Below are positions 57,201 through 64,000 of a stretch of DNA of 64,000 nt, one piece after another; within the stretch, counting starts at the first letter, position 1, and each line of letters opens with the position of its first letter. The notes under the pieces are model-generated. The model made no database searches, was not told the origin of the DNA, and saw nothing but the letters and a program-made list of their open reading frames with translations. The stretch comes from Pocillopora damicornis (lineage: Eukaryota), in assembly GCF_003704095.1 (NCBI RefSeq), contig NW_020845410.1, positions 496,001 to 560,000 on the forward strand, given 5' to 3'. The translations under genes and the position numbers were made by a program.

Positions 57201-60077
57201 TTACTCAACTGGACCTTACCCAGGGCGCAGCAGGATACAGGACAGACAAAGACAACAGGTCCTCATTACAGTCTCTCAGCATGTCTGTCACTGTTGTCAC
57301 ATGACTTGCAAGCCTATCTCTGATTGGCTGTGATATATGTTCACTGATTAAGCTTGCTGGTTGTGAGGATGGCTCAACTGTAAGCATTTCCTTCAGGCAA
57401 ACCATGTTTTTGTAAAGTTTGCAGAGCTTTGATTCAAGCCTGGACTGAAAATGAAAGGGTTTGAATTGACCATGCATATCAGTTTTGTGAATGAAACTAA
57501 TGAAACTTGTTGGCATTATTCTAAGAACCCTGTATTACACTTTTTAGACTATACCCTTCTGACTCACTTCAAAAACCAAAAAATTTCTTTCCCTTCCCCT
57601 GTTAAAAAAAAAAAGGCATAAGAATGTAGATGTTGAACCCAAAAAGGCTTCTGTATTATAATCAAATCCTTTATGATTTCATGAATAGCAAGAAAAATTG
57701 CTATTCTTTAATATTCAGGTAAATGAGCCTTACTGACCTCGACAACATGTTCGATAACAAGAGAATTTCCCTCAAAAGCAAGGCTCAGAAAACTAATTTA
57801 CATGCTCATCAAAGAATAACAAGCATGCTTGCCATCATGAAAGAGGTCCATGTCATCATATTTTTCTATGGAAATACTGGATACAAATCTCTCCTTGTGA
57901 ATTTAACTTGGGTACTGCCACTTAAGCATCTAACATAAAGGGTTTATAAATGATACCTCACCACATGCTTCAAGTTAAGATGTTCAACTTTTCCACTGCA
58001 ACAGTCTAACAGGGTAACAGTTTGATCTTCCACAGATTTTGATTGTTTCAAGAAATCATCCATGTATATGGCAGGCAGACAGAGGTCATCAGCCTCAGCA
58101 CTCTAAGATGACAAACAGTCAACAGAGAATTTTACTTTAACCTTTTAATACAAGGTAGTTGAACTGTCCTCTCCCACTGAGATTCTACTTTCAACTGAAA
58201 AAAAAATCGTACTTTTACCTCTTTGTTCTTGTATAAATCAAGTCTTGTTCCCTCTAATCGATATTCCAAATTCTGTATATATTCACGTGATACTGTTAAA
58301 TAATTTGATGGCTCATCTGGTGAGTAAAGACTCCTACAGAATGGATGAAGAAACAAAATAGTAACACTTTTCAGGTACTGAAGCTGTAAGAAACCAAGAT
58401 CCAATTGTTTTCTATGAAAACAAAAAAATTTTTCCTCAGACATGTTCACTTAATGTCAAATCAAACTATTTGATTTTAAAATCAAGCCAGACAAAGGCTG
58501 ATGGATGAAAAGTTTTCCATACCTCAATGTTTCTTTTAAGTTTAGAAGTTTATTTTCAATTTGTAGGAACAAATTTTTTCTGGCTTGCAAAGCACTAGCC
58601 TGGAGAAGAACCTGTTGACAAAGAATAGGAATAATGTATTTCCACCATAAGAGCCAAATGTTCAAAATTGACAATTTGAGTTCAACTTCACCATTTTAAG
58701 GTAGAAGTACCACAACAACTGATAAAGTTACCTATAGCCAGGGATTGATCAACACTTTCAGAAAAGCAAGTTATTTTTTACAATAAATTAAACCTACTTA
58801 CTTGTCTCTCTAGTTGTATAACCTGAGATTTAAGTAAGTTTACTCTTCGTTCATCAAATCTCTCCTGTGGTACTTCTTCCACAAGCTGTTTGTAGAGAGA
58901 CCTGCAAAAAAACTTTGTTTTACCATAAGACTGATTATGTGAGTGTGTAAAATGCCCCTTCACTATAATTTCCACTGGACCAGCCAATCCAATCTTTATC
59001 ATGTAATTACCTGATGAATTGCAGCTCTGCTTTGAGTTCATTATTTTCTTTCTTCAGATGCTGAAAGAGGAGTAATAGAATTTATTTTGACAACTTACAT
59101 GCATATTCCCCTTGTTCGTTTTAAGAAGGCATCAAATGAAAATAATGAATTCAGTGAAACTTGGAGAACTAAAGAACATGCAAGATTTCTCTATGGAGAA
59201 AATAACAAGACTTGAGAATAATGTACAAATCAGTAAAAGAAGTATTCAGGAAAGGTCTACTAGAAGACCCAGCAAGCAGAGCTGATAGTCATTGAGGGCA
59301 GTCTGAGAAAGAAGAGTTTTCGCTGAGCCATCTCTGTTTTCTTTTGTTTTGGCACTCAGTAGTTTTTCTAACATTCCATGAATAGCATCCAGTACAGAAC
59401 TACTCTGTTACTATAACCAATTGGTCTCAAAACTAAGGATTATAATTCAAGGGTGGACATATTACTGAGGTGGTGGTCTTCCGGTAAATTTCTACTGTAT
59501 CACTGCACAAACTCTGAAAACTACCACATTGCTGGCTTCTGAAACTACTGATATTAACTTCAATCAAGTGTTGTGACTCCTTTTACTGTCTCACCTCTAA
59601 CTGTTGCTGGTATTTTTGTAGTTGTCTGTCTCTTACACTTAATGATGTCTGTGTGTCTAGGAGTGTCTTACCAAAGACACTGTCATTTTTGGATTTCTGC
59701 TGGAAATCTGATGTGGAGCTACTTGAGGACACTAAAGGCCTTGTCTAGGAGCAATCATTTGACAAGATCTCATTTTAAAATTTCTTAAGTTCCAACAGTT
59801 CCTTTGAATCACCACAACAAGACATCAAGCTACAAATGAACACTGCCATATCTTTCCGAAAAAATTTCAGATAAAGTGTTCATCAATTTGACATGGGTAG
59901 TAAAGATCAATTTATTTGGTTTAATCTAAAAGGTAAAGTGAGTATCATATAATTATATTTAAGAAAAAAGGCGATTAGATCTCCAACCTTCGAGGTGGCA
60001 TTCCTTGTTTTGTTTACATCACCTGAGTGGCGAGTACTCGATGGCAAATGGCGATGGGAGATCGGAGTTTTTTTCAT
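54223..60077 (-). CDS. Uncharacterised coiled-coil/helical protein, about 545 aa, 15 exons
   Basis: Exons 59988-60077, 59595-59744, 59011-59060, 58802-58901, 58523-58611, 58219-58333, 57962-58102, 57220-57444, 56466-56555, 55961-56026, 55465-55553, 55245-55303, 55074-55165, 54682-54733, 54223-54452. Total 1638 nt, phase-consistent; the last intron is GC-AG. Contains FDERRVNLLKSQVIQLERQ, EHLNLKHVSRLESKL, DLLSLSVLYPAAPW. Confidence 0.8.
56651..56860. repeat. Foldback (palindromic) element
   Basis: TGGAATGGGCCCAAATT / AATTTGGGCCCATTCCA outer arms with nested ACCCACATTCTT / AAGAATGTGGGT and TTGTGAT / ATCACAA. Confidence 0.8.
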
Positions 60078-60751
60078 CAAAAAAAAATTCGAACTACTCT
60101 GAAAACAGTAAAATGAAAGTTCTACTTTAAATTGTAAACATAATCAACAGCCCTCACACGCCGCCTAAACTATTTTGCCTTTCCACGCTAGTTTTGGCGG
60201 TTCAATCGGCCATGTTGTTAGTTGGGAAGGACTGGAAATTAAATAAGGGCCTAGGAAGACTGGAAACTGGCGAGAGAAGGGAAAAAAAAAATCGGCGAGT
60301 CATACCACTTCCGAAGGCCACGAAAGTCGACTCTTTTTCTTTTTCGGTAGTGCTAGTCGGTGTCTTAACTTTCTTTTTACTGCAAATACATATTGCCTGG
60401 ACGGTGATAGACTCTTAAGGATGTCAAATTGCGAGTAGTCCCTCCATTTTGGCGAAGTCTGTTGCATAAGTCAAGAAGATATCAGTCAGAGTGCGCGAGG
60501 AAATTCACCGAGGAGGGACAGCTCGTTCTATACCCGAAAATCTCTAAAGTACGTTGTTAAAATCGATATTTACGGAAAAAAGGAGCAATGAAGCTTCTGG
60601 AAGCTCTTCTTTTGTGGGAACATGTCAAATCAGACTTTTCCGCGTTTTCACTGAAATCGTTCTTTAACAAAATCAGGGCAAAGAAAAGAATATAAAAATA
60701 AACGTAGAGAAATCATTAGACTATTGGTCATTGACTTTTGATAAATCTGGT

Positions 60752-60767
60752 GGCTCTTATAAGAGCC
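60752..60767 (-). terminator. Histone mRNA 3' stem-loop (SLBP-binding element)
   Basis: AAAC-GGCTCT-TATA-AGAGCC-ACCA on the minus strand, 31 nt after the H3 stop codon. Confidence 0.9.
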
Positions 60768-60798
60768 GTTTTTTTTTTCGCTTTTATGATAAAGCCAC

Positions 60799-62875
<2,077 letters not shown>

Positions 62876-63217
62876 CATTGGTGGAATGATTTCATCTTTC
62901 TTTAATGGTATGTCTTTTATTAGTTATCAAGGAGTTTCACATAATCTAGAAAGCTTAAGGCGTACAGATGGACATTTTGTGGGTTGCTAAGGGGTTCATT
63001 CCATAAGTTCTCAAGAGTGGAGGTATGCTTATTTTAGGAGGCAATCATTGTGGACAAAAATAATGAATTTTGTAATGATTTATCATTACATTGTTTTTTA
63101 TTCTTTATTTTTTTTCATTTCTATTCTCGTTGTTATTCTGAATCAGAGAGATACCCTATTTGGTGTAGATAAGTAATAAAATTATTTCAGTGTTATATGT
63201 AGGTCTCAGGTTTTTAA

Positions 63218-63419
63218 CCCTTAACTCCCAGACCAAGTTTCTAATTCTCCTTACTGTCAACCATTCAATTCTTATAATGTTAGCACAGAGAATTTAGTAG
63301 TGAATCAACTAATTATCCCTTGACTGATATTTTTCTCTATTCTCATTACTTCTCTGGTTGATATTGTATTGATACTGTAAGGAGAAATTCTGTCTTGGTC
63401 ACTCATGGGAGTTAAAGGG
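63218..63419. mobile_element. ~200-bp MITE copy downstream of PFKFB
   Basis: TTAA-CCCTTAACTCCCAG...ATGGGAGTTAAAGGG; near-identical right half to 37949-38152. Confidence 0.85.
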
Positions 63420-63737
63420 TTTAGTGCCTTTCCCTATTCATGAAGCAGGTACAATGTTTGAAATGCCTTGGGTTGTGTAGGGTCAGGGAAGTATTATACT
63501 TGATTTATTTGGACAAAATGTTTTTACATGCAACATATTTTGATACCGACACCTTATTTAATTGTTTAACATGTAGTAAGCATGGTTATTTTGTAAGTTA
63601 CATTGTATTTTACCAAGCCATGTAGGGATAAGAAAAAAGTGAGCGATAAGCAGTAGCTAAATGTGTGTTTGTATTACCATATGTCAAACCATCAATTAAA
63701 GAATAGGTTATTCCTCTATTATTTGATTTCTAATAAT

Positions 63738-63803
63738 TTATCTTGAAGTTTTTAAAACTGCTTCCAAGAGCCTTGTCTGAGCATCGTATTGATTGCATAA
63801 GGC
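63738..63803 (-). CDS. Probable terminal exon of a gene extending beyond the window (frame uncertain)
   Basis: Pyrimidine-rich acceptor TTTTCATCTTTTGCGCAG|. Phase-0 reading is ALCNQYDAQTRLLEAVLKTSR*, but the other two frames are also briefly open. AATAAA (minus) near 63553. Confidence 0.35.
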   Translation of the reverse strand, partial: ALCNQYDAQTRLLEAVLKTSR

Positions 63804-64000
63804 CTGCGCAAAAGATGAAAACAATGCAAACAAATCCATTAAAATTTCCTGTGTGACCAACGAAAAATCTTATGAGCTTAACAGTTTGTTTCTTTGAAAA
63901 TCATGCAGTAATCAAAAAAATCAGTCAAAGTATTGGTGTAATAATAATTAATGATTAATAATATCAGATTTTCTATGTACCCACATATACATGTAGACTG

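Overview
AT-rich, intron-containing animal DNA. Its repeats (TTAA-flanked CCC...GGG MITEs, tRNA-derived SINEs, Penelope-type hammerhead relics) suggest a stony coral, Pocillopora-like (inference). Gene models were spliced by hand from GT-AG sites and phase continuity. Left to right: Homer (-, 9 exons, 382 aa); a possible unannotated small-exon gene (-); GOLPH3 (+, 285 aa); a giant PDZD2/pro-IL-16-like protein (-, 18 exons, about 3700 aa, 10 PDZ domains, one 4861-bp exon); RPL17 (-) head-to-head with a nucleoplasmin-like FKBP (+); an uncharacterised 545-aa coiled-coil protein (-); a solitary replication-dependent histone H3 (-) head-to-head with an intronless PFKFB (+); and the terminal exon of a further gene. 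The most interesting signal is a candidate Homer-centred module with three parts. (1) An upstream, phase-matched alternative first exon would give Homer its own PPSQFTD EVH1-ligand motif. (2) Intron read-through would give a Homer1a-like EVH1-only form. (3) The neighbouring multi-PDZ scaffold carries a cluster of PPxxF(xD) Homer-ligand motifs. Also notable: GOLPH3-PDZD2 tail-to-tail order as in human, and two strongly base-paired intronic RNA candidates (RPL17 intron 4, FKBP last intron). No database searches or folding programs were run.
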